Source: a virus
Taxonomy: Duplodnaviria > Caudoviricetes
IMG/VR virus record: IMGVR_UViG_3300046025_000059
Coordinates: 1 to 57,119 of that record
Length of the DNA stretch: 57,119 nt
Strand: one strand, 5' to 3'
The notes beneath the pieces were generated by a model, which was given only the letters and a program-made list of their open reading frames with translations, did no database searches and had not been told where the DNA came from. Below, in pieces: positions 17,045 through 27,168 of this stretch; positions within the stretch are counted from its first letter, which is position 1; every line of letters starts with the position of its first letter. The position numbers were made by a program, and so were the translations under genes.

Positions 17045-18727
17045 ATGACCGCCCAATCTAACGCTGAGAGCGACCGGTCGCCCGTCCCCGTGCGGACGTC
17101 GCTGTCGGATGCCGGCGTCGAGACGGCCGCGGGATCGGCCGATCACCTCGGCATCGACCCCGAGTCACTCGTGCCCGACGAGGGGCGACTCGGCGGTGCC
17201 CGGCTGCGCTGTCCCCATCCCGATTGTTCGTGGTGGGTCCCCGAGGATCGGGCACATCTCGCAGCAGCCCATCGCTGCACCGGCCCGGTCTACGAGGCAA
17301 TCGACCGCTCCGAACTGGTGTCGGTCGGCCCAGAGACGACGCCCGAGGCGTATGTTGAGCACTTCGTCGGCTATGACGGGCAACTTGACTTTAGGGCGCT
17401 CGCCGAGGACGCTCGCCAGCGCCCCCGGTCGGAACGCCTCGCGCTACTGTTTGACTTCACGCCGTTTGACTACCAGCGTGCGATGCTGGACGACCCACAT
17501 CCGGACGTCTCGGTCAACACCGGCCGCCAGACGGGGAAAACTGAGACGGGGGGCGCGCTCGCTGCCGACGCCGTCCTGTTCGACACTTACCTGACCGACG
17601 ACGACGTCGGTATCTTTGGCGACGTCCACGGCACGGCGATGGAGATGTTTCGGCGGTGCAAGAACCGCCTCAAGCAATCGCCGCTGCCCCTGGACGCGCT
17701 CCATATCGACCGGGACAACGAAACATTCTGGGAGTGGGACAACGACACTCGCGTGTTCACGGGGTCGCTCAACGGCGGTGGTGACAACGAACGCGGCAAG
17801 CTCCCGAAAGTCGTCATCGTCGACGAGGCGGCGCTGTGTGAGCGCTCGTCATTTGAGCAAGTCGTCGAACCGATGTTCATGACCCACGGCGACGACCACG
17901 AACTCTACGTGATGTCAACGCCGCGGGGCCAGACGGGCTATCACTACAGCGCCAACGACCCCGAGCGCGAGCCGGACTACTTTTCGGCCCACTCTGTGCC
18001 GGCGTGGGCGAACCCGCGGACCGCGTCGACGTGGCTGCGCAAGAAACAGGCGAACACGGATTCGGACACGTGGCGACAAGAGTATCGCGGCGAGTTTATC
18101 GAAGAGGGCAATACGTACATCCCCTCGTCGCTGTATCGGCCCTGCCAGACCGACCTCGGCGTGGATCGGCGTGGCACTGCGCTGACCGTCCCTGGCCATC
18201 CCGAGCGCGGCATCGCCTACTTTGGCGGGTGCGACGTGGCCGGCGGTGGCGACGACCGCACCGTCTACATCGTGCTGGCGGCCGACGGCACGGTCGTCCA
18301 TATCGAAGCCGAAGACACGTCGAAAACGCCGCAGGTGGTCGGCCGGATCGGTGCGCTGGTCAACCGATACAACATCGTTGAGTTCCGGGTTGACGGCAAC
18401 TCGCTGGGCACAGGCGTCGTTGACTACTCCGAGGTGGATGACAGCCTGCAGCCGGTCGTCGAGGGCGTGCCGTTCAGCACGCCCCGGAAGTCCAAGATGT
18501 ACAAGCAACTCAAAAAGGCGTTCGAGGACGAAGCACTCGCCCTGCCCAAGCACGCCCGTCTCGAACGCGAGACGACGCGTTTGCAGTACGAGTACACCGG
18601 CAACCGACACGTCAAAGTCTCGCACCCCGAGAACGGCCACGACGACCACCCCGACGCGTTAGCGCTCGCAAATTCCGCCCGCGTGGGCGACCCCAGCGAG
18701 CAAGACGGGTTCCTCGTCACGCGCTGA
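17045..18727 (+). CDS. terL: Terminase large subunit
   Basis: Walker A GRQTGKT, Walker B VIVDEAA, MSTPRG, RNase H-like GCDVAG and HDDHPDALALA. Confidence 0.95.
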   Translation: MTAQSNAESDRSPVPVRTSLSDAGVETAAGSADHLGIDPESLVPDEGRLGGARLRCPHPDCSWWVPEDRAHLAAAHRCTGPVYEAIDRSELVSVGPETTPEAYVEHFVGYDGQLDFRALAEDARQRPRSERLALLFDFTPFDYQRAMLDDPHPDVSVNTGRQTGKTETGGALAADAVLFDTYLTDDDVGIFGDVHGTAMEMFRRCKNRLKQSPLPLDALHIDRDNETFWEWDNDTRVFTGSLNGGGDNERGKLPKVVIVDEAALCERSSFEQVVEPMFMTHGDDHELYVMSTPRGQTGYHYSANDPEREPDYFSAHSVPAWANPRTASTWLRKKQANTDSDTWRQEYRGEFIEEGNTYIPSSLYRPCQTDLGVDRRGTALTVPGHPERGIAYFGGCDVAGGGDDRTVYIVLAADGTVVHIEAEDTSKTPQVVGRIGALVNRYNIVEFRVDGNSLGTGVVDYSEVDDSLQPVVEGVPFSTPRKSKMYKQLKKAFEDEALALPKHARLERETTRLQYEYTGNRHVKVSHPENGHDDHPDALALANSARVGDPSEQDGFLVTR

Positions 18728-18758
18728 TCCTGCGGTCTAGCTGGCAGTACCACATAAC

Positions 18759-18809
18759 CGTGCATACTGCAAAACTGCGCCCCGGGGCTTTGGTTCTGCA
18801 GTATGCACG
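18759..18809. repeat. Inverted repeat between terL and portal
   Basis: cgtgcatactgca (18759-18771) / tgcagtatgcacg (18797-18809), perfect 13-bp arms. Confidence 0.8.
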
Positions 18810-18842
18810 TTCGTGTCCAGATCACCACTCCCAGATCCAACC

Positions 18843-20453
18843 ATGAGCGACTCGTACCAGAACGCGCCAGTCCCCGCGGACGGGCATGACGACGCAGACG
18901 CAGAGCAACTTGGGCCAGACGACCCCGACCCGCGGGGCGAACATCGCGAGGACGATGCTGGCGGGTTCTTGACGGGCTACTCGACGGTCGCCCAACGCCA
19001 GCAGCGCGCCGACCCCGCGGTCGTTCCGACGAGCGTCCACGACCCGCCCGCGAACATCGACCGCTACTGGCAGCAGTACGTCAAAAGCTTCGCACTGGTC
19101 CGGGGGGCTCTGCAGTTGTTCGATCAGGCGGTGATCGAACCGGGCTACCAGATCACCACCGAGATCGACGGCGAGACGGACGACGAGATGCAGGATGCGC
19201 TGGACACGTGGGCCAGCCAGTGTGTGATCCACGCCGGCGAGACGGGCCACGACCTGTCGGTCATGCTCCGACAGTGCCCCTCGAAGCGTCGGGGGCGAGG
19301 CACCGTGCTGATCGAACAGGTCGGCACCGAGAGTGCTCCCGAGACCATCGCGGCGCTGATGTTCCTCTCGCCGGGCACGTTTCGGATGTACACCCGCGAG
19401 GACCAGAACATCCTCGTGCAGCCCGACGACCCCGTCTCCGCGGACCACCCGCGCACGCCCAGTGATGAGGCCGCCGCGTACGTCCAGTACGACGAGGACC
19501 TGCCGACCAGCTATGATAAAGATCCCATCCCGTTCGCCCAGGACGACCTGCTCAAACTGGTCTACGACCCCGACGAGGGGGCGACGTGGGGCACGTCGAT
19601 TTTCGAGGCTATCGGCGACCGGATCGATTCACTGCTCCGGAAGATGCGCGACCGCGACGTCGCCATCCGACACACCGGCCACCCGTGGCGCGTGATCTCG
19701 TCGGATACTTGGTCAGAGAATCAGGCCAACGAGTACGCCAAGAAACACCGCACCGGCGAGATGTCCGCCCGCGAGGCCCCGGAAGATGACGACATCACGT
19801 CGTTCGCCGGCCGCGTCGACTTCGTGCCCCACGACGTCGTCAACATCGAAACCCACACTGGCGATGTGGCCGACATCACCGACGCGGTGATGGACGATGT
19901 ACAGCAGATTTTCTCGGTGCTGCCGATTTCCAGGTTTAAACTCGCCTACGAAGAGGGCATCAACCAGTTCGTCGTCGAACCACAACAGGACAAGGACGCC
20001 CGACTGGTCGACGACGAACGCCGGTATCTCGAACGCAAGTTCGAGCCGGTGATTGAAGCCAAAGCCGACGAACTCGCCGGCGGCAGCTACGAGGGCGACA
20101 TCGACTTTTCCATCGAACAGCCCAAGGCCGAAAATCCACTCAAGCGCGACGACTTCGACGTCGAACGCTTCGAGCGGTTCATGAACGCATTTGCGACGTT
20201 CGCCCAGTCGGGGGCGGACGCGCTATTCCCGCGTGAACTGGCGTTCTTCGCGGCCAACATGGACCCCGACCAGTTCGCTGACGAGATGGGCCTAGAGGAC
20301 GCTCTGCCCGACGACGAGGCCATGACCGACCCTGAGGCCATGCAGGAGGCCGCCGACGCACTCGGCATCGGTGGTGGTGGCGGCAGCGACGACGATGGCG
20401 GCGGCAACCAGCCCCCCGACGAGAACGCGGACGACGAGGACGACGCGGCGTGA
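18843..20453 (+). CDS. Portal protein
   Basis: Position after TerL, about 540 aa, WGTSIFE motif, acidic tail. Confidence 0.85.
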   Translation: MSDSYQNAPVPADGHDDADAEQLGPDDPDPRGEHREDDAGGFLTGYSTVAQRQQRADPAVVPTSVHDPPANIDRYWQQYVKSFALVRGALQLFDQAVIEPGYQITTEIDGETDDEMQDALDTWASQCVIHAGETGHDLSVMLRQCPSKRRGRGTVLIEQVGTESAPETIAALMFLSPGTFRMYTREDQNILVQPDDPVSADHPRTPSDEAAAYVQYDEDLPTSYDKDPIPFAQDDLLKLVYDPDEGATWGTSIFEAIGDRIDSLLRKMRDRDVAIRHTGHPWRVISSDTWSENQANEYAKKHRTGEMSAREAPEDDDITSFAGRVDFVPHDVVNIETHTGDVADITDAVMDDVQQIFSVLPISRFKLAYEEGINQFVVEPQQDKDARLVDDERRYLERKFEPVIEAKADELAGGSYEGDIDFSIEQPKAENPLKRDDFDVERFERFMNAFATFAQSGADALFPRELAFFAANMDPDQFADEMGLEDALPDDEAMTDPEAMQEAADALGIGGGGGSDDDGGGNQPPDENADDEDDAA

Positions 20454-20460
20454 CCGGGTC

Positions 20461-20877
20461 ATGTTCGACGCCGCCGGCCTCGTCAAAAGCACCATGCAGG
20501 AGATGGCCGCCACCGCCCCCACCGAGATGGATACCGACGAATCGCCCGGCCGACATCCCGCCCCGTGCCCGGCCTGTGGCACGGGACTATCATGCAACCG
20601 GGAGTGGGCCATCCACGTCGAAGGCGTGCGCCCGGCGAACGTCTACCTAAGCGACCAGATGCCGGCCGCGGAGACGATCAGCCGCGTTGAGACGCGCGCC
20701 GAACTCCTGAGCGTCCTGCCCCGTGGCATCTACGCCACGCGCGACGCGATGCCGATGGATCCGACGATCAAGCAACTGTCGTCGTACTCGTCGGTGCTGC
20801 CTGACGACACGGTCGTGATCGACGACATCCATGACTACGAGTGCGACCACGACCACGGCGACGGCTGCACACCCTAG
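20461..20877 (+). CDS. Hypothetical protein with CPAC motif
   Basis: Fills the gap between portal and MuF genes. Confidence 0.6.
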   Translation: MFDAAGLVKSTMQEMAATAPTEMDTDESPGRHPAPCPACGTGLSCNREWAIHVEGVRPANVYLSDQMPAAETISRVETRAELLSVLPRGIYATRDAMPMDPTIKQLSSYSSVLPDDTVVIDDIHDYECDHDHGDGCTP

Positions 20878-20884
20878 TTCACAG

Positions 20885-21853
20885 ATGGCCCTACCCGACC
20901 CGACACGCAGCCAGTCCAAGCGCGAGCGCTGGGAGCGCAAGTTCCGCGCACGCTGGCGCACGGTGCGTGGCCGGGTCCGCACCGCGTTTGAGGGTGGTGG
21001 CGGGTTCCAGCCCCTGAACGACCGTCCGGTCGGCCAGCAGGCCAGCGAGTTCCGTGAGTGGCTCACCAGCGTCGTTGACGAAAAGGTGGTCAAACCCACT
21101 CCAGCGCGGCCAGTCCGGCAGGGTGACCACTACACCGCGCCGTTCGCCCACGAGATGTTTGAACATGGCCTCCGGCGGGCCGCACAGGCGCTCTCGGCGG
21201 CCGGCCACGATGTCGCCGACCCCGCGCCTGACGTGATCCTGCGGCGCGACCAGCCCAACCACGGCGGCCCCGGCCACTACGACGAGTGGCTGACCAACGC
21301 CTACGTCGAGACATACCAGGACCTGCGCGACGCCGCACAGGCGGCAGTCAAAGCCGCCACGCGCACCTATCGACAGGCCGTCCGCGAGGGCTGGGCGATA
21401 GCCGACACGGTCAGCGCCATCAACGACCGTCTCGACAAGACCGGCCGGCATCGCACCGATCTCGTCACCCGTGCGAAGGCGGTCGTGATCATCAACGACG
21501 CCGCACTCGCCCGCTACGAGGCGGCCGGCGTCGGGAGCATCGGCGTCGCTGCCGAATCGGCACGTGTCCCCGACGCGGACGTCGCCACTGACGGCGGCCG
21601 GACTGTCGACGGGCACGATCACGCGCACGCCGAGCAACTGGCGACGGAGCGGACCCACCCCGCGCCCGGCGAGGACGACGCTGCGCGCCATCGCTGGGTG
21701 ACGGCCGGCGATGCGCGTGTCTGCCCGCAGTGTTCGGCACTGGCGGGCAGCGTCTACCTAATCGACGACATCCGGGCGGGCGACGCACCGATGCCAGTTC
21801 GCGACACACACCCGGGGTGCCGATGCTATCTAGTGCCCGTATCGGCAGAGTAG
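20885..21853 (+). CDS. Head morphogenesis protein (SPP1 gp7/MuF family)
   Basis: WVTAGDARVCPQC...HPGCRC. Confidence 0.9.
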   Translation: MALPDPTRSQSKRERWERKFRARWRTVRGRVRTAFEGGGGFQPLNDRPVGQQASEFREWLTSVVDEKVVKPTPARPVRQGDHYTAPFAHEMFEHGLRRAAQALSAAGHDVADPAPDVILRRDQPNHGGPGHYDEWLTNAYVETYQDLRDAAQAAVKAATRTYRQAVREGWAIADTVSAINDRLDKTGRHRTDLVTRAKAVVIINDAALARYEAAGVGSIGVAAESARVPDADVATDGGRTVDGHDHAHAEQLATERTHPAPGEDDAARHRWVTAGDARVCPQCSALAGSVYLIDDIRAGDAPMPVRDTHPGCRCYLVPVSAE

Positions 21854-21956
21854 CACTGCGGTGGATCCGGCCCGATCCGATGACGGCCGCGGACGCTGCG
21901 GAGTACCAGAGACGGCGGATCCCCCCGACCGACCTGTAGAGCGATGCCCCTAACTC

Positions 21957-23462
21957 ATGACTGACCACGACGACCACGAACAGCTAGCTGACGGCGTCGG
22001 CAGCGTGCTCGCCGGCGACGGTGACGACGCCCCCGGCCGGCGCGTCCGGATCGTCCCCATCGGTGAGGGCGACATCACGCGCGGCGAATCGGGCGACATC
22101 AAACGCTGGGGGCGCGAGGCCCTGCAGGCGGCCGCCGCCGACGGCACGCTCAACGGTGCGCTGATCGTCAAAGGCACCGGCGGCGAAAACCCACACTTCC
22201 CGCTGGACGAACAGGTACCCCCCGAGAACATCCTCGGGCGCGTCGACGACTGGGAGTACGAAGAGGGAACGGGACCCGTGGGTCATGCCGATCTCGCCGA
22301 CGAGGACATCGCTGACCGCGTCGAACTCGGCCTGCTCGACGTCTCCGCTGACATTTTCCACGACGTCGCCGACCCCGAGGCCGACGTGCTGGACGTCAGC
22401 GAGATCGTCGCCATGCCCCGCGTGACGATCCTCGAATACGGCGCGTCGCACTCGGCGTCAATCGAAGCTGACACCGCGGCCGCACTGGGGCTGGACCCCG
22501 ACGAGTACGCCAGCCAGCAGTCGCCCGGTGACGGCGATGGTGACGGCGACGGTGACGCCGACGTGGCCGGCGATGACGCCGGTGCTGGTGTCGAACAGAA
22601 CGCCCTGCGCCGTTGGCTCAAGCGCGGCCGTGAACTGCTGACCCCGCCCGACGACGTGGACAGCGCCGGGGCCGCGCTTGCGGGCGCGAATGCAGAGGGC
22701 CTCGCCGCGGCCGCGCAGGCCAGTGGCGAGTTCGACGAGACGACGCAGAACAACATCGAAACGACGGGGGCGGCAACCGACAGCTCTGACACGCCGTCGG
22801 ACACCCCTGTGGATCAGCCTAATCCGACTTTCGACACAGACCCCATGACTGACGACGACCCCCTTCAGGAACAACTCGCAGAGGCCCGCGAGCGCATCGC
22901 GTCGCTCGAAAGCGACCTGAGCGAGAAAGACGACGAGATCGAACAGTTACAGGCCGACCTCGACGACAAGGACGACGAGATCGACCAACTCCGCAGTGCC
23001 AAAGAAGACGCCGAGGGCGACCTCGAACAACTACGCGAGGAGATCCAGCCCTGGCAGGAGATGCTCGCCGAGATCGCGACCGGCGGCTCCATGCTTGCCC
23101 CCGAGCATGTCGCCGCAAGCCAGAGCTTCGAGCAACTGTCCGAGCGCGTCCTACAGGAGTTCGCCGACGAGGACGACGACGCCTCGCCGATGGACCGCCT
23201 GCAGGCCCAACTCAGCGACACGGTGCGCGCTCGCGGTGACGGCCCCAGCGACCCCGAGACTGACCGCCTGACCGACGAGCAGCGCGCGCAGGCCGACAGC
23301 CTCGCACAGTCGGTGATGAACGTCGACGACCTGAAGCAGGCCGAAACCGAGGGGCTGGCCCCCCGCGAGTACGTCCGCCAGCGCTACGACATCGACCCCG
23401 TCGCTGCGGACAGCGAGGCGGAACTGCGTCGCAAAAAGGCCACCGCGAACGGAGGTGACTGA
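21957..23462 (+). CDS. Prohead protease/scaffold fusion
   Basis: Position; N-terminal globular domain (DVSAD), acidic linker, heptad coiled coil. Confidence 0.75.
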   Translation: MTDHDDHEQLADGVGSVLAGDGDDAPGRRVRIVPIGEGDITRGESGDIKRWGREALQAAAADGTLNGALIVKGTGGENPHFPLDEQVPPENILGRVDDWEYEEGTGPVGHADLADEDIADRVELGLLDVSADIFHDVADPEADVLDVSEIVAMPRVTILEYGASHSASIEADTAAALGLDPDEYASQQSPGDGDGDGDGDADVAGDDAGAGVEQNALRRWLKRGRELLTPPDDVDSAGAALAGANAEGLAAAAQASGEFDETTQNNIETTGAATDSSDTPSDTPVDQPNPTFDTDPMTDDDPLQEQLAEARERIASLESDLSEKDDEIEQLQADLDDKDDEIDQLRSAKEDAEGDLEQLREEIQPWQEMLAEIATGGSMLAPEHVAASQSFEQLSERVLQEFADEDDDASPMDRLQAQLSDTVRARGDGPSDPETDRLTDEQRAQADSLAQSVMNVDDLKQAETEGLAPREYVRQRYDIDPVAADSEAELRRKKATANGGD

Positions 23463-23464
23463 TC

Positions 23465-23917
23465 ATGTCTGGCGACCTCATCCTCTACACGCCGGGCGCA
23501 CAGCCGAGCGTCACGCTCGTGGCCGACAGCAGCGGCAACGTCCCCGAGCGCGGGGACGGCCTTGAACTCTCCGGTGAGGGCGCGGCTGGCCCCGAAGCCA
23601 CCGCGGTCACGTCGCCCGAGAACCTCGTCGCCACGCTGGTCGAACGCCCGCCGGACTTCGACGAGGACACCAGCTACGGCGCTGGCGACGTCGTCGGCGA
23701 GGCGACCGTGCGCGTCACCCACTACGTCGACTGGTTCAACGACTCCGACGGCAGTGCGACCGCGGGCGAGCAAGTCGTCCACGCCACCGATGGCGTCCGC
23801 GCCTACGACAACGCTGGCGGCGACACCGCCGACCAGATCGTTGGCACTGTCTGGACGACGCTGCAGAAAGACGACGGCACTGCCGACAAGGTGGCTGTCG
23901 TCCGCCAGCGTCGGTAA
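23465..23917 (+). CDS. Capsid decoration/minor capsid protein
   Basis: 150-aa beta-rich ORF between scaffold and MCP. Confidence 0.65.
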   Translation: MSGDLILYTPGAQPSVTLVADSSGNVPERGDGLELSGEGAAGPEATAVTSPENLVATLVERPPDFDEDTSYGAGDVVGEATVRVTHYVDWFNDSDGSATAGEQVVHATDGVRAYDNAGGDTADQIVGTVWTTLQKDDGTADKVAVVRQRR

Positions 23918-24069
23918 CACGCGCACTCGCGTCCGCGCTCTGCGCTCTGCTGCGCTCTACAGGCTGAACAGGGCGAGTGCCTCGGGGCTTGTCCCCGAGG
24001 TACTTCACTGTGCTGTGCTGTCTTGTATCGCTTGCTGACCGCTCTGTAGTTCCCCGCTTTCACTGACTT

Positions 24070-25194
24070 ATGCCTCTCCCCACCCAAGGTAACGCCCGCG
24101 ACCTCAAACCCGAGATCGTCCGCAACGAGATGGTCGAGAACGTCGACCAGATGGAACGGATCGAAGCCGGCGGCGACGAACGGTTCGCCTCTGCACTGTC
24201 CGTCTTCCCGGTGGTCAATCTCAACGACCCGGACGAAGAGTGGTACACGATGGACGGCGCGCGTGGCCCGATGCCCGCGACGTCATTCTCGTCAGAATCG
24301 CCCGTCGGCACGCTCGACATGCCCAGCAAAGAGGGCGTCGACGTGCAGTCGTACAAGAAGAAATACCGCCCTGACAAGGGCGCTGAAACCGAGTTCAGCA
24401 CCACGCCCTACTCGCTGTACCGGCGCGCGGCGGCGGTCCTCCGCATGGAGACTTTCTTGACGCGCGAACGGAACGCGTGGCTGGGCGACGACCACATCGA
24501 CGGCCTGCAGGGGGCCGACGGCCAGACGCCTCACAGCGACATCCCCAGCGACCACCTGATCACGGCCAGCGCTAGCTGGTCGGACGACGCCAACGCCCAG
24601 CCCTACGACGAACTCACCAACGCTGCGTTCGAGGTGATCAACAACGGCCGGTTCGTCGGTGACCAGGCGCTCCCCTACGTCTACGGGTCGCCCGCGGCCA
24701 TCCGCGACATGAAGCAGACCGACGACATGGAAGGGCGCATCCAGAACGTCCAGATCAAGTCCGTCGGTGACGAGGACGTCGAACGCCTGATCGACGACGA
24801 AATCGCCGGGCTGCGCAAGGTGATGGTCTACCTGCCGCGCACCAACGCCAACGGCGAATACATCGACGAGACTGGCACCGTCGTTGACAGCCCGGACGAC
24901 GCCGCCCACGACAACGTCCTCGAACCCCACGACCCCAGCACCGACAGCGTCACGCGCAACGTGATTGTCGGCCGCCCCGGCGCTGGCTCTGCGTTCATCC
25001 CGTGGTTCAGCGACCGCCTGCTCGAACGCGCCAACGTCGCCGAAGAGGGCGAGATCGCTGTCGACAACCAGAACGGGTTCTTTACGCAGGTCTGGAACGG
25101 CAAGGACCCGCTGCAGCCCAACTTCAAGGCGGCCCAGGAGATCGGTTTTGAGCTTCTCCGCGGTGAAAATTGGGCCATGATCCAGGATGTCTAG
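24070..25194 (+). CDS. Major capsid protein (HK97 fold)
   Basis: Size and position; WSDDANAQPYDEL resembles lambda gpE-type capsids. Confidence 0.85.
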   Translation: MPLPTQGNARDLKPEIVRNEMVENVDQMERIEAGGDERFASALSVFPVVNLNDPDEEWYTMDGARGPMPATSFSSESPVGTLDMPSKEGVDVQSYKKKYRPDKGAETEFSTTPYSLYRRAAAVLRMETFLTRERNAWLGDDHIDGLQGADGQTPHSDIPSDHLITASASWSDDANAQPYDELTNAAFEVINNGRFVGDQALPYVYGSPAAIRDMKQTDDMEGRIQNVQIKSVGDEDVERLIDDEIAGLRKVMVYLPRTNANGEYIDETGTVVDSPDDAAHDNVLEPHDPSTDSVTRNVIVGRPGAGSAFIPWFSDRLLERANVAEEGEIAVDNQNGFFTQVWNGKDPLQPNFKAAQEIGFELLRGENWAMIQDV

Positions 25195-25216
25195 CGCCTG
25201 AGACGAACACCGAACC

Positions 25217-25594
25217 ATGCACACACTCTACTGGCCCCGTCGCGGCAAGTTCGTCGACCACGACCGCCGGCGCGAGTACCTCGGCGAAGGCACCTACGAG
25301 GTGCCCGAGGACGCCGTCGACGAGTACCTCGCCCGCGGCTGGGAACATTCCGATGACACCGACGACAGCACCGCCACTGACGACAGCACCGCCACCGACG
25401 ACACCGACGACACCGAGGCAGCGACCGCCGAGAGCGCCCCTGCCGACACCGACGCCGCCAGCGACGCTGACGCTGACGCGGACGCGGAGGCCGAGGCCGT
25501 CGAGATTTGCGGTGCCGAACTGTCGTCTGGCGATGGCGTCTGCGAGCGCCCGGCCGACCAGTGCCCCTACGACTCGCATGACTCGCAGGACTGA
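25217..25594 (+). CDS. Small acidic virion-associated protein
   Basis: D/T/A low-complexity linker and C-terminal C..C..CPYDSH. Confidence 0.75.
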   Translation: MHTLYWPRRGKFVDHDRRREYLGEGTYEVPEDAVDEYLARGWEHSDDTDDSTATDDSTATDDTDDTEAATAESAPADTDAASDADADADAEAEAVEICGAELSSGDGVCERPADQCPYDSHDSQD

Positions 25595-25617
25595 CCCTGC
25601 CCGTGGTGATCTGACCG

Positions 25618-26007
25618 ATGGCACTTGACGAGGACGTCCGGACGGACTACGAGACGGTGCGTGCGGCCCTATCGGCCGACGACACCGAGTACAGTGGCGC
25701 CGATCTCGACTATCCAATCACTTTCGCCCACGAGATCGTCGAGCAGCAGGTCGCCCCCTACGCGGGGGCAAACAGTGAGAGCGCGCTAACACGCGTCGAG
25801 ACGGAACTCGCCGCCGCGCTCGCTATCGGCGGCCGCGACCAGGATCGGCCTGTCGAGTCAATCGAACAGCAGTCGGCCAGCGTTGACTTCGCCGACATCG
25901 TCGACGTCGCGGGGCCGGCCGGCAGTCACTGGGAGCGTGCCCAACTGGCCGATCCGACTGGCCGCCTCGGCACCGATCCGGACGACTTCTGGTCGGCGTC
26001 GGTCTGA
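25618..26007 (+). CDS. Head-tail adaptor protein
   Basis: Position and size; HWERAQLADPTGRL. Confidence 0.7.
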   Translation: MALDEDVRTDYETVRAALSADDTEYSGADLDYPITFAHEIVEQQVAPYAGANSESALTRVETELAAALAIGGRDQDRPVESIEQQSASVDFADIVDVAGPAGSHWERAQLADPTGRLGTDPDDFWSASV

Positions 26008-26041
26008 CCCCACCGCGAACGCGGCGGCCGCCACTCCCGTG

Positions 26042-26284
26042 ATGTACGGCGAGAAACTATACGTGGTGGTGGCTGTCGAGACGTTCGACGCCGAGGCAGA
26101 CATCTACCACAAGTTCGTCGACTCAGTCTGGACCGACCCGCGCCGGGCCTACACCCAACGCAACACGCTGCGCGAGCGCCCCCAGACCACTGCGACTGTG
26201 CTGGCGTTCGCCCCGAACGTGCCCGGCGACACCGCTACCGACAGCGACACTGCGCCCAGGAGCGCCGACGCCCCGACTAGCTAG
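26042..26284 (+). CDS. Hypothetical protein
   Basis: 80-aa ORF sharing a C-terminal repeat with 36300..36593. Confidence 0.55.
   Translation: MYGEKLYVVVAVETFDAEADIYHKFVDSVWTDPRRAYTQRNTLRERPQTTATVLAFAPNVPGDTATDSDTAPRSADAPTS
26217..26277 (+). repeat. 61-bp direct repeat, copy 1
   Basis: Matches 36502-36562 with 2 mismatches. Confidence 0.9.
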
Positions 26285-26355
26285 ATCGGGCACTACGCTC
26301 ACAGCGGTGCAGCGCGGAAACTCACCCGTTCACTTGCTCCCCCACCCTCCCACCC

Positions 26356-26694
26356 ATGCCTGAGAACGCCGTCGAACTGTCCGGCTTTGGCAGTGCCAAA
26401 GGCGAGTTTGCCACGATGATGAATCTCGGCACTGCGAAGTGGGCCGTCGGCGCTGACGCCGACTATGCCGTCTACGTTGAGATGGGCACCATCCACATGG
26501 CCGCCCAGCCGTACCTCCGGCCGGCCATCGCCGAGGTGATGCAGAATCAGGCTGACGCCATTGCCGAGGACGCTGCCGGTGTCGATGATCTCGTCAAGCG
26601 CCTCGCCGAGGCCATCGTCGACGAGGCGAAAGACCGCGCGCCCGTCGCTACTGGAACCCTCCGTGACAGTATACACGCTGAAAAGAGAGAGTGA
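26356..26694 (+). CDS. HK97 gp10-like tail completion protein (permuted motif order)
   Basis: YAVYVEMGT.HMAAQPYLRPA precedes AKDRAPVATGTLRDSI. Confidence 0.85.
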   Translation: MPENAVELSGFGSAKGEFATMMNLGTAKWAVGADADYAVYVEMGTIHMAAQPYLRPAIAEVMQNQADAIAEDAAGVDDLVKRLAEAIVDEAKDRAPVATGTLRDSIHAEKRE

Positions 26695-26702
26695 TCTGAG
26701 CA

Positions 26703-27119
26703 ATGGATTTTGAGGACACACTGACTGCCCCGGCCCGCGAGTTGCTCGCCCTGACCGGCGTCAAAGTGACGGTCAAGTACTGGGAGCGCGAGAAGGACGC
26801 CCTCACACGCGACAGTCAGGGCGACTACGAGTGGGGGGCAGCCGACACCGAGACGACGACGCCCGCCGAGATCGTCGTGCGCGGGACGCCGTCGTTCGAC
26901 CGCCGGGCGGATGGCGTCAGCGATGACATCCAGGCGTTCGTCTGGCTGTCCTCGGACGTGCCCGTCTCGGATGGCGAGCACACCACCGACGACAGCGGCA
27001 CGGAGATCCTGATCCGGGCGAGTCAGATCATCGACCCGCGGACGGACGACCGCTACAGGGTCGACGAACTGTTTGACGAACGGAACGGCAAGTATCGCTG
27101 TCTCTGCTCAAACGAATAG
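26703..27119 (+). CDS. Head closure/head-tail joining protein
   Basis: Position, size, beta-rich. Confidence 0.6.
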   Translation: MDFEDTLTAPARELLALTGVKVTVKYWEREKDALTRDSQGDYEWGAADTETTTPAEIVVRGTPSFDRRADGVSDDIQAFVWLSSDVPVSDGEHTTDDSGTEILIRASQIIDPRTDDRYRVDELFDERNGKYRCLCSNE

Positions 27120-27168
27120 TGACGCCCCCCGTGGTGAACGTCGGGGCTTCCATGGTTGAATTAAGATG
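27119..27168 (-). repeat. Degenerate IS200/IS605 right-end-like remnant filling an intergenic gap
   Basis: gtgacgccccccgtggtgaacgtcggggcttcc...gaattaagATG. Confidence 0.5.

Noticed and set aside
17045-18727. Intein in TerL
   Set aside because: Normal length and motif spacing, with no intein splice motifs. Only an N-terminal extension with a small Cys/His cluster.
25351-25500. gacgacagcaccgccac repeats
   Set aside because: Low-complexity D/T/A coding linker, not a separate element.
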